Assembly (NCBI RefSeq): GCF_032444005.1
Contig: NC_091283.1
Coordinates: 775,620,001-775,684,000, forward strand
DNA length: 64,000 bases
Direction of reading: 5' to 3'
Source: Ranitomeya imitator
Taxonomy: Eukaryota
The position numbers were made by a program, and so were the translations under genes. The notes under the pieces are model-generated. The model did not search any database and was not told the origin of the DNA. It was given only the letters and a program-made list of their open reading frames with translations. Positions 1 to 11,689 of the stretch are shown in pieces (positions within the stretch are counted from its first letter, which is position 1; each line of letters begins with the position of its first letter).

Positions 1-679
1 GAGTGATGGAAGAGCCAGCAGCGGGAGGTCGTGGGAATTCTGGTTTCTTCACACAACGATTCCCTATTCGAGCCTCAGAGCGGTGCGGCTTCAGATTATA
101 CGCCCCGGCCTCTAATTGTCACATGTGTTTTCTTTCCTGCCGTGTAATTTGACAGGAATAAAATGACAGGTTTCAGAACGGGGAGTCTGCAGCACAATCC
201 TACCACACAGGAGAGACCTCAGCGCTGCCTGGCTACTTACCAGATTAGCAGCCTGATTGTGGGTATGTTAAGGCCTAGAGCGCTATCATGTTCTCACAGC
301 TGAAGGCTTCAGACGGAGCAACCTGGAGACATTTAGACCAGTCATTTCTTTTTGTTGCAAAAGCAAAATAATACAAGAAAATATAGATTAATATATGTAT
401 TAATACTGATGGCGCCTATATGGCTGCACAATGACAAAACCCTGTACCATCGTTGTACTTTTTATACTTTTAGTATGTGTACAGACACACCAATTTAAAA
501 GCCTGTGAGTCAATTAGATATTAAAAAAGTGATCTGTGTAGAACAGGAAATCTGGAAGGAATAGTGAAGTACTAGGCCTAGTGTGAAAATTCCAAGATTT
601 CTGAATGTTTTTTTTTTCTTTAATATTCATAGCTATATGTAAGCTTAAAAGTAACATTTTTTTTCAAAAATACATTTAA

Positions 680-1272
680 AGGGAACCTGTCACCCCCAAA
701 ATCGATGGTGAGGTAAGCTCACCGTCATCAGGGGCTTATCTACAGCATTCTGTAATGCTGTAGATAAGCCGTAGATAAGCCCCCGATGTTACCTGAAAGA
801 GGAGAAAAAGAGGTTAGATTATACTCACCCAGGGGCCGTCCCGCTGCGGTCCGATCAAATGGGTGTCTCAGGTCCGCTTCGGCGCCTCCTATCTTCATTC
901 CATGACATCCTCTTCTGGTCTTCACGTTGCAGCTCCGGCAGTCACAGGCGCTGGGCCTCTCTGACCTTTCCGGCGCCTGCGCACTGCAGTACTTTGCTCT
1001 GACCTTTCAACAGGGCAGACAAAGTACGCCTGCGCCCGAGCCGCGGCGTGAAGACCAGAAGGGGACGTCATGGAATGAAGATGGGAGGCGCTGTTCCAGA
1101 CCTGAGACACCCATCGGAGCAGGACTGCCCCTGGGTGAGTATAATCTAACCTCTTTTTCTCCTCTTTCAGGTAACATCGACTGCTTATCTACAGCATTAC
1201 AGAATGCTGTAGATAAGCCCCTGATGACAGTGAGCTTACCTCACCATCGATTTTGGGGGTGACAGGTTCCCT
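680..1272. mobile_element. Kolobok/T2-type MITE with long terminal inverted repeats
   Basis: Termini agggaacctgtcaccccc...gggggtgacaggttccct; long inverted arms; TTAA on both sides (676-679, 1273-1276). Confidence 0.85.
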
Positions 1273-1381
1273 TTAACATACAATAAAGAGGTCATTTTCT
1301 GATGACATTGCTTCATTATTCATTGCAGAAGACCTCGGTGCTTCAATGAAGCGCAGTGCAGCCTATGGCTTGGCCTCATAA

Positions 1382-1734
1382 GGCTTCTTTCACACTTCCG
1401 TCGGTACGGGGCCGTCACAAAGCGTTGGCGCAATGTACCGACGGACAGTGGTGATTTTCTGGACAACATGGGCAGTGGACGCAGTGTTTCAACGCGTCCG
1501 CTGCCCATAGTAAACTCCCAGGGAGGAGGGGGTGGAGTTACGGCCACACATGCGCAGTTTAAAATGCAGGACACGATGTACGAAAAAATGTTCCCTTGAA
1601 CGTTTTTTCGCGTTGACGGTCTGCCAAATACCGACGCATCCAGTGCACGATGGACGCGCACATTTGCAGGATGCGTTTTTTCCCAAAACTATGCATTGTG
1701 AAGTATCTTAAAAGACGGAAGTGTGACAGAAGCC
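1382..1734. mobile_element. PIF/Harbinger-type MITE
   Basis: TIR ggcttctttcacacttccgtc / gacggaagtgtgacagaagcc; TAA at 1379-1381 and 1735-1737. Confidence 0.75.
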
Positions 1735-3474
1735 TAAGAGACTGTGTTTTTTCTATACACAGTGATGGTGTTGCTTTGTATAATCGTAGGTTCAAGTCCT
1801 CTAAGGGGGGTACCAAATAAAGATGGAAAAAGAATGTTTTTAAAAAATATATAAAAGTTAAAATCCCCCCACTTATCCCACATTAAAGATACAGAAATAT
1901 AGATTATCAAAATTGGGGTTTGGCATTTTGTGACTTTACTCCAAAAAATGCAATAAGAAGCCATCTACTTGTCATATCTACTCCAAAATAGTATCAATAA
2001 GAATGGCTCAGTGCTCAAAACACAAACCCCCACTCAGCCCTATTGACCGAAAAACAAAATGTTGTGGATCTCAGAAAATGGTGATAGGAGCAATTTTTTT
2101 TTTTAAAGGAAAAATAATAATAGAAAAAAGCTTATGGCTCTTAAAAGAAGGGGAGGAAAAAAACTGAAGCCCCAAAATGGGGAAATTGCCATATCGGGGA
2201 GGGGGAAAATGGACCCTATCTTCCACTCTGTTTGCTGAGCAGCTGATGAATTAGTTGCCCCCTGTATCCAGTCCCCTAGTTTTCGTGGCTTTGGTGACTG
2301 ACAGGCTCTTCTAGAATACACTGCAGTGTTAGTTCGGGGTTCCCAGAGAAGCCGCTCCATAAAGGGCACACACCCTGGTGTAACACTGTGCATTGTGTAT
2401 CACACCCAATTCTAACAGGAATTGGGAGGGAACAGGAAGCGTATGGAGTTGCACGACCTTTACAAGCCATTACATACAGAAGACACAAATCTATATGTCT
2501 GCAGACATGAACTTTGTTATTAGTTCTGCAATGCTATAAGGAGTGGTCGCCCACCCGATGCTGAAGGCGAACATTCACATTCCTGATAAATCCACTGACA
2601 ATCTATAAATATGGATGTGAAGCTCTTCTGGGAGATGGTTATGCGGCCAAACCCACGATCCGAAAACATGGAGTGTTACTGCAGGAACTCCTTTCACTTT
2701 TTCCTTTTTGATCTTCCCATATACACAAGGTAGGGTTCAGCCAACAGATGTTCGCCCTTAGTGCACCATTAGCACGCATGCCTGGCTCATGTGTATGTCC
2801 ATGGTGTTTCAAGAGGATAAACTGCTACCAGACAGCCCCGGTGCCACTCATCCCTGCAGAAGACAAATGATAAAATCCAACCTGTGTAGCATAGGACTAA
2901 CTAGAATACATGGCAAAACGAGATGGACCCGACCGTATAGTACCAGCAAGCTGAAGCAGCACTTTTCCATGGATTGTTGTTTATGTCTATAAGCTTCTTA
3001 AGTTTAAAATAATAAACTCTGCTTTATTCTCCTCGGCTGAGTGATCATAACGTTTCAAACCTCCTGGCAGCGGCTTCCCTGAAATCACATGGGTCGGCCA
3101 TTGAACTACCGACAGCCCAATCCTAATCTCCCCAGATGTTATCTGTTAATGGAAGAACTCAGAAGCCCCCATACATTTCAGCTGGTAGACCAGTTAAGCC
3201 AAAATCCGCCATCTTTCTTCCATTGTTTATAGGCACACTTATACCCATGCTGTCTAATGCTTTTTCTCCTGAAGGCAGAATCTACGACTGTGACCCCCAA
3301 ACTGTCTTTAGAGCTACATTCAGCTGTGAAAAAGGATCGTACACCACATCCAGAGCTCCAATAGTGACCTCCAGCTCCTGCCTCCATGCAGTAGTGACAC
3401 CCAGAGGCCTTATTATCTGTAGGATCACAGCCATAACTTCCCATCAGAAATCTCACCAAAGCATTATACTTGCA

Positions 3475-5907
3475 CTAGATGGTGGCCCGATTCTAACGCA
3501 TCGGGTATTCTAGAATATGCATGTCCACGTAGTATATTGCCCAGCCACATAGTATATTGCCCAGCCATGTAGTATATTGCCCAGCCACATAGTATATTGC
3601 CCAGCCACGTAGTATATTGCCCAGTCACGTAGTATATTGCCCAGCCACGTAGTATATTGCCCAGCCACGTAGTATATGGCGGATTTTGGCTTAACTGGTC
3701 TACCAGCTGAATTGTTTGGGGGCTTCTGAGTTCTCCCAGTGACAGATAACATCTGGGGAGATTAGGATTGGGCTGTCGGTAGTTCAATGGCCGACCCATG
3801 TGATTTCAGGGAAGCCGCTGCCAGGAGGTTTGAAACGTTATGATCACATAGTATATTGCCCAGCCACATAGTATATTGCCCAGCCACGTAGTATATTGCC
3901 CAGCCACGTAGTATATTGCCCAGCCACGTAGTATATTGCCCAGTCATGTAGTATATTGCCCAGCCTCGTAGTATATTGCCCAGCCACGTAGTATATGGCG
4001 GATTTTGGCTTAACTGGTCTACCAGCTGAATTGTTTGGGGGCTTCTGAGCTCTCCCATTGACAGATAACATCTGGGGAGATTAGGATTGGGCTGTCGGTA
4101 GTTCAATGGCCGACCCATGTGATTTCAGGGAAGCCGCTGCCAGGAGGTTTGAAACGTTATGATCACGTAGTATATTGCCCAGCCACGTAGTATATTGCCC
4201 AGCCACGTAGTATATTGCCCAGTCACGTAGTATATTGCCCAGTGACGTATATTGCCCAGCCATGTAGTATATTGGCCAGCCACGTAGTATATTGCCCAGC
4301 CACGTAGTATATTGCCCAGCCACGTAGTATATTGCCCAGCCACGTAGTATATTGCCCAGCCACGTAGTGTATTGCCCAGCCACGGAGTATATTGCCCAGT
4401 CACGGAGTATATTGCCCAGTGACGTATATTGCCTAGCCACGTAGTATATTGCCCAGCCACGTAGTATATTGCCCAGCCACGTAGAATATTTCCCAGTGAC
4501 ATAGTATTCAGCACAGAGCCACGTAGTATATTGCCCAGCCACGTAGTATATTGCCCAGCCACGTAGTATATTGCCCAGCCACGTAGTATATTGCCCAGTG
4601 ACGTATATTGCCTAGCCACGTAGTATATTGCCCAGCCACGTAGTATATTGGCCAGTCACGTAGTATATTGACCAGCCACGTAGTATATTGCCCAGCCACG
4701 TAGTATATTGCCCAGCCACGTAGTATTTTGGCCAGCCACGTAGAATATTGCCCAGTGACATAGTATACAGCACAGAGCCACGTAGTATATTGCCCAGCCA
4801 CGTAGTATATTGCCCAGCCACGTAGTATATTGCCCAGCCACGTAGTATATTGCCCAGCCACGTAGTGTATTGCCCAGCCACGGAGTATATTGCCCAGTCA
4901 CGTAGTATATTGCCCAGTGACATAGTATGTTGCCCAGTGATTTAGTATATTGCCCAGCCACGTAGTATATTGCCCAGCCACGTAGTATATTGCCCAGCCA
5001 CGTAGTATATTGCCCAGCCACGTAGTATATTGCCCAGCCACGTATTATATTGCCCAGTGACGTAGTATACAGCACAGAGCCACGTAGTATATTGCACAGC
5101 GACGTAGTATACAGCACAGAGCCATGTAGTATATATTGCCCAGCCACATAGTATATTGGCCAGTCACGTTGTATATTGCCCAGTCACGTAGTATATTGCC
5201 CAGTGACAGCGTATACAGCACAGAGCCACGTAGTATATTGCCCAGCCACATATGTCACAGGTTAAAAAATAAAAAATAAACATATACTCACCTTCCGAGG
5301 GAGCCCTTGTAGTCATGTCGCCTGTGTGCGTTGCACTCGGCCGCTACTGGTCCCAGGGTTGGTAGCGCAGGACCCGTGATGACGCCGCGGTCACATGACC
5401 GTGACATCATGGCAGATCCTTGTCGCATACCATCCTTGCCACCAGAACCTGCCGCTTGCATGGAGAGGTTACCGGAGCGTCACGAGGAGCAGGAAAGGCG
5501 GCGGAAGGTGAGTATATAATCATTTTTTATTATTTTTAACATTAGATCCTTTTACTATTGACTCTGCATAGGCAGCATCAATGGTAAAAAGTTGGGGACC
5601 CACAGGGTTAATAGGAGCGGTAACAGAGTTTCGTTACCCGCGGCATAACGCGGTCTGTTACCGCTGGCATTAACTCTGTGTGAGCGGTGACTGCGGGGAG
5701 TATGGAGCGGGCATCGGGCGCTGACTGCAGGGGAGTAGGGAGGGACTAATTGGACTATAGACGTCGCTGATTGGTCGCGGCAGCCATGACAGGCAGCTGG
5801 CAAGACCAATCAGCGACTTGGATTCCACAACAGACAGAGGCCGCGACTAATGAATATCCGGGACAGACCCAAAGACGAAAGTGACCCTTAGACAATTATG
5901 TAGTAGA
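3475..5907 (-). mobile_element. Non-autonomous Helitron with internal minisatellite
   Basis: Minus strand reads A|TCtactacataattg...hairpin cccgatgcgttagaatcggg, ccaccatCTAG|T. This gives 5'-TC, a subterminal hairpin, 3'-CTAG, insertion into AT and no TSD. Confidence 0.85.
3525..5250. repeat. About 20-bp minisatellite (cacgtagtatattgcccagc) inside the Helitron
   Basis: Dozens of tandem units with variants; interrupted at ~3676-3846 and ~3996-4165 by non-repeat inserts. Confidence 0.95.
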
Positions 5908-6179
5908 TTTAGTGGTTCCAACCTTACCTTGATTCTTTGTTCATGCATCAGGCACTCCCACCATACTATCACATCCAGCTTCAAGCACCCCCTCTATCTG
6001 GCTATATCATCCTATGTGAAGCACTTATTTATCTCACCAGGCCCATAAGCCAGTATACGTTCAATCTGGTCTGATCTTCTGTGCTGGTCTACTCACAAAA
6101 GTCACCATCTGGAGACCTGCTCTTCATAGCTGTTTGCTAGACCTGGTGCTAATGCAACAAATTGGCTGACATCTGCATG

Positions 6180-6800
6180 CTGCACATTATGGTCCCTCGA
6201 GCCGCACATTATGGTCCCTCGAGCCGCACATTATGGTCCCTGGAGCTGCACTTCATGATCCCACGAGCCGCACATTATGGTCCCTCGAGCCGCACATTAT
6301 GGTTCCTCGAGCCGCACTTCATGGTCCCTCAAGCCGCACATTATGGTTCCTCGAGCCGCACATTATGGTCCCTCGAGCCGCACATTATGGTTCCTCGAGC
6401 CGCACTTCATGGTCCCTCAAGCCGCACTTCATGGTCCCTCAAGCCGCACTTCATGGTCCCTCGAGCCGCACTTCATGGTCCCTCGAGCCGCACTTTATGG
6501 TCCCACGAGCCGCACTTCATGGTCACTTGAGCCACACTTCATGGTTCCTCGAGCCCACTTCATGGTCCCTGGAGCCGCACTTCATGGTCCCTGGAGCCGC
6601 ACTTCATGGTCCCTGGAGCCGCACTTCAAGGTCCCTCGAGCCGCACTTCACGGTCCCTCGAGCCGCACTTCATGGTCCCTCGAGCCGCACTTCATGGTCC
6701 CTCGAGCCGCACTTCATGGTCCCTCGAGCCGCACTTCATGGTCCCTCGAGCCGCACTTCATGGTCCCTCGAGCCGCACTTCATGGTCCCTCGAGCCGCAC
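6180..6800. repeat. 22-bp minisatellite (cgagccgcacttcatggtccct)
   Basis: About 28 tandem units; explains the repetitive ORFs at 6162-6838. Confidence 0.95.
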
Positions 6801-7817
6801 GTGGCTCTGAAGCCACGGGTTGGGAATTCCTAATTTAGGACATTTTTCCAAGCTGTTGGTCTCCTCTGATGCCATTCAGAAGTGACAGGCAGAAACAAAT
6901 TGCTAAAAAACTGTAATTATTCTTTAGTTTTGAGGATAGATTTTCGGAGGAACTGTCAGCAGAATCCGTGCACAAAAGACTGCAGACTTCACCGACAGTG
7001 CTGTAAGGACTTTGCTAAATAGATGAGTTTGGTTTCCTTCATAGGGGTGATGAGTAGCTGCTAGATATATCTAAAAGCAAAGCTAATCCAAAACTAGATT
7101 AAACACAAAAATGCAGTGTTACAGTTTATCACGCTCCCAGCAAACGTTTGGCAACAGGGCAATAGCTACCTATAACTTATTACAGTGAAAATCACAAAGG
7201 AGAAATAAAACATGGGTGGATATTATTATTCTGACACCTATTTTCTCCAGCAACCCGTCCAATATTTATGACCGAAATGTTAATTTATTGGGATTGCTTT
7301 GCTGAATAAATGTATTCTTCATTTCTAGTACAAGAGTGTCAGATTTTAATTTTTACATGGTTATTATTACCATTATTGCTTCCTATTATTACACATACAG
7401 AGTTTGTCTCCTAGATCCAACATCCAGTGATAGAACTAAAAGTATGAGTGACAACCCCTGGCATCAATATTGGTTGTCGCCCAGGGGGACTCAAGACTCA
7501 CATTTATGGTTATTTCTTTACTTATTAGGATGCACTGCCCTTTATGATGATGTGGTTGCATACAGTATATATTTACATGTATATATCCATATTCAGTATG
7601 GTTTTCTTCTTTATCTAGAGTAAAGCACCAGGACAACGAGCACAACATGGATTTAAAAAGAACAAGGAACAGACTGTGAGAATCATTAGAAGTAAGTGTT
7701 TAGTATCCGTATGTGCGTATATATAAACCTGATCAATACCTATCCAGAATGTCGGCCAGCCTTCTTTCCCCCAATACTAAATTATGGCTAGGTCATGTTC
7801 AGGAAAGCAAGATGTAA

Positions 7818-8085
7818 GAGTATGTGCACACGTAGTTGGAACCTCTGCGGAATTTTATGCACCTGTTTTGAGAAATCCGCAGGTAAAAAGCACTGCACAA
7901 AGAATTGACATGCTGCGGAATAAACAACGCTACGTTTCCGCACGGTATTTTCCGCGGCATGTGCGCTGTGGATTTTGTTTTCCATAGGTTTACATGGTAC
8001 TGTAAACTCAGGGAAAACAGCTGCGAATCAGCAGCGTCAAAACCGCTGCGGATTCGCAGCAAAATCCGCAACGTGGCTCATAGCC
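7818..8085. mobile_element. Harbinger-type MITE (degenerate)
   Basis: Ends gagtatgtgcacacgt...acgtggctcatagcc; TAA at 7815-7817 and 8086-8088. Confidence 0.6.
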
Positions 8086-8360
8086 TAAGGCTGCCACTAG
8101 TCATGTGGTTCTACACAATGGCACAGGTTCACAGTACTGGCACTGTGTAGAAATGGCAAATGCCTGAAAGTTCCATTATAGGAAGGATTTATGTCACAGA
8201 ATCATAATGCCCAGCAGAGGGTCAGTGGCAGGGGGTGCTGGTAAAGCTAATTATTGGATTCAGACCTCAATAACAACAACATCTTACTCATTTTTGACAA
8301 ATGGAAGGTTTACTAGCCAAAATTATGAAACATGCAAATATTTTGTACATGCATCAGACA

Positions 8361-9086
8361 TCTGATGGTGTGGTTGGACTTGGACCCCGGTGGACACCAA
8401 GTACCACGCCAGGACAAACCATAGAGCCTCAGCAGCTGAACCCCTAAGGGGTGGTAGAAAGCAGACATGGACTCGGAGAGTCAGGACGGCCAGGAACAGG
8501 ATAGCAGGAGGATGGATACTGCACGACTGGTAGACAGGACAGGTACTGGAACACAGGAACCGATGGGGCAGGTTACAGGAACACAGGATGTACAGGTGCA
8601 GGATCACAGGAGCTGGTTCAGACTGGACGTATGAGGAAGGCAGTCACCGGGATGGACTAGGCGGGTCAGGATCAGGACTTGGCATAGGCAGGATGGGGTC
8701 AGGAGCAGGCACAGACAGGAGGGGCAAGATCAGGTACAGACAGGATGGACCGGATCAGGAACAGGGAACATGGGTACAGGGAAATTGCAACTTAGACAGA
8801 CGTGTAAACAATAATGGACTAAACTTGCTAAGGTATCTCCCTATTGGGGAGGGTTCCTTAAGTAGCTGATGTCTCCCAGCCATTGGCTGGGGACATTTTC
8901 AGAAACATGTGGTTGTGCTGTCCCTTTAAGAAGCAGGTAGCACGTGAACCATAAGCATACTCCCAGGAGACCTGCGTGCTGTGCGAAGGTCCTGAGAGGA
9001 AGCAGATGCTACGGGAGCAGTGCATGAGGGTAAGTGAACACGCCGGATGGGGACTTATGCAGTGACACCGGGGCTGTCCTATCACA
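8361..9086. mobile_element. Solo LTR (Gypsy-like)
   Basis: Ends tctgat...atcaca (TG eroded to TC); flanked by cagaca at 8355-8360 and 9087-9092; shares the motif gtctcccagcc(a/t)ttggctgggga with 15831-16420. Confidence 0.55.
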
Positions 9087-9341
9087 CAGACAGTGACCGG
9101 GGAGCCACATGTGGTTCTTGGTCTGTGGGATAGTAAAATAACTGACTTCTCCTTTGTTTTTATTTTAATGCTATAATTGGTTCTAAAGACAAATGAAACG
9201 TAAAATAATAGAAAGCAGCAGCAATTTTGTCTGGCCCATTTTTATTTTTTTGTGAAATTAAGTAATTTGCCTTTTTTCCTCTGTTTTGTTGTGTTGTTCC
9301 AATACACACAAAGGAAATAAACGAGTATATGAAAACCTGTT

Positions 9342-9610
9342 CAGCACGGGGACTCAGTGGTTAACACTGCAGCCTTGCAGCCTTGGGGTCTGGAGTTCAA
9401 ATCCCACCAAGGACAACATCAGCAAGGAGTTTGTTTATTTTCCTTGTGTTTGCGTGGGCTTCCTCCGGGTTCTCCAATTTCCTACCACACTCCAAGACAA
9501 ACTGATAGGGAATGTAGACTGTGAGCCTCAATGGGGACAGTGATGATAATGTCAGTAAAGCGCTGTGGAATTAATGGCGGTATAATTAGTGAGTAAAATA
9601 AATAAATAAT
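9342..9610 (+). mobile_element. tRNA-derived SINE
   Basis: Degenerate A box (ggactcagtgg) and B box (gagttcaaatcc); body matches 43557-43839; A/T-rich tail. Confidence 0.8.
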
Positions 9611-9790
9611 TACAAACATTTTCTGGGAGAAATACTGTACTTCATTTTATGGACTAATTTCTAGGGTGAATCTTGTCCATGACTGTATAATTCAGCAAAG
9701 TACACTACCATTCAAAAGTTACCTCCACCATGCTTGACAGATGGCGTCAGGCACTCTTCCAGCATCTTTTCAGTTGTTCTGTGTCTCACA

Positions 9791-10546
9791 AATAATAATA
9801 ATAATAATAATTTTTATTTATATAGCGCCAACATATTCCGCAGCGCTTTACAAATTATAGAGGGGACTTGTACAGACAATAGACATTACAGCATAACAGA
9901 AATATAGTTCAATACAGATACCAGGAGGAATGAGGGCCCTGCTGCTCGCAAGCTTACAGACTATGAGGAAAAGGGGAGACACGAGAGGTGGATGGTAACA
10001 ATTGCTTTAGTTATTCGGACCGGCCATAGTGTAAAGCTCGGGTGTTCATGTAAAGCTGCATGAACCAGTTAACTGCCTAAGTATGTAGCAGTACAGACAC
10101 AGAGGGCTATTAACTGCATAAAGTGAATGAGAACATGATGCGAGGAACCTGATTTTTTTTTTTTTTTTTATAAATACGCCACACAGGGATCGTTAGGTTA
10201 ATGCATTGAAACGGTAGGCCAGTCTGAACAAATGAGTTTTTAGGGTACACTTAAAACTGTGGGGATTGGGGATTAATCGTATTAACCTAGGTAGTGCATT
10301 CCAAAGAATCGGCGCATCACGTGTAAAGTCTTGGAGACGGGAGTGGGAGGTTCTGATTATTGAGGATGCTAACCTGAGGTCATTAGCAGAACGGAGGGCA
10401 CGGGTAGGGTGGTAGACTGAGACCAGAGAGGAGATGTAGGGTGGTGCTGAGCCATGGAATGCTTTGTGGATGAGGGTAGAAGTTTTGTACTGGATTCTGG
10501 AGTGGATGGGTAACCAGTGTAATGACTGGCACAAGGTAGAGGAAAG
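9791..10546 (-). mobile_element. L2 LINE 3' fragment
   Basis: ORF 10193-10534 (LHWLPIHSRIQYK...WNALP...FKCTLKTHLF) is typical of the L2 ORF2 C-terminus; followed by 3' UTR and (ATT)n tail. Confidence 0.85.
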
Positions 10547-10776
10547 GTTCTTCTGTGTGATCCAAACACCTCAAACTTGGATTTGTCTGTCCATAACACT
10601 TTTTTCCAATCTTCCTCTGTCCAATGTCTGTGTTCTTTTGCCCATATTAATCTTTTCCTTTTATTAGCCAGTCTCAGATATAGCTTTTTCTGTGCCACTC
10701 TGCCCTGAAGGTCAGCATGCCGGAGTCGCCTCTTCACTGTAGATGTTGACACTGGCATTTTGCGTGTACTATTTAA

Positions 10777-10979
10777 CCCTGCTGTTCTGTTCGGTCTGGG
10801 GAGACCTATTTTGAACTTTGGTATTTTTTGGGGTGTTCAAGATGCGGTTCTGAAACTTGTGGTTGATTGACTTAAATGAGGATGGGTCGGTCGGCCACGG
10901 GTTTCAGAGCCGCATCTTGAATATTTTAAAGAATATTGAAGTTCAAAGTCGGTCATTTTTGACCAACAGAACAGCAGGG
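10777..10979. mobile_element. piggyBac-type MITE inserted in the Tc1
   Basis: ccctgctgttctgtt...aacagaacagcaggg; TTAA at 10773-10776 and 10980-10983. Confidence 0.8.
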
Positions 10980-11689
10980 TTAATGAAGCAGCCAGTTGAG
11001 GGCCTGTGAGGCATCGATTTCTCAAACTACAGACTCTAATGTACTTGTCTTGTTGCTCAGTTGTGCAGCGGGGCCTCCCACTTCTCTTTCTACTCTGGTT
11101 AGAACCTGTTTGTGCTCTCCTTTGAAGGGAGTAGTACACATCGTTGTAGGAAATCTTCAGTTTCTTGGCAACATCGCATGGAATAGCCTTCATTTCTAAG
11201 AACAAGAATAGACTATCGAGTTTAACATGAAAGTTCTTTTTTTCTGGCCATTTTGAGAGTTTAATGGAACCAACAAATGTAATGCTCCAGATTCTCAACT
11301 AGCTCAAAGGAAGGTCAGGTTTATAGGTTCTCTAATCAGCCAAACTGTTTTCAGTTGTGCTAACATACTTGCACAAGGGTTTTCAAGGGTATTCTAACCA
11401 CCCATTAGCTTTCTTACACAGTTAGCAAACACACAGTAACAGAAGAACACTGGAGTGATGGTTGTTGGAAATGGGCCTCTGTACACCTATGAAGATATTG
11501 CATTACAAACCAGACGTTTGCAGCTAGAATGGTCATTTATAACATTATCAATGTATAGAGTATATTTCTGAATCATTTAATGTTAGCTTCATTGGAAAAA
11601 AAAATGTGCTTTTCTTTCAAAAATAAGGAAATTTCTAAGTGACCCTAAACTTTTGAACGACAGTGTATATTGTAGTATGGCTATTCCCC

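Larger units (their letters stand above)
9703..11665 (-). mobile_element. Defective Tc1 transposon interrupted by L2 and a piggyBac MITE
   Basis: TA-flanked ends cactaccattcaaaagtt / aacttttgaacgacagtg; transposase pieces on the minus strand (KRSGRPRCTT, STVKRRL, KVLWTDKSKFEVFG); deletion next to the left TIR. Confidence 0.85.

Noticed and set aside
3464-6838. Repetitive ORFs (WLGNILRGWAIYY..., MVPRAALHGPSS...)
   Set aside because: Translations of the 20-bp and 22-bp minisatellites.
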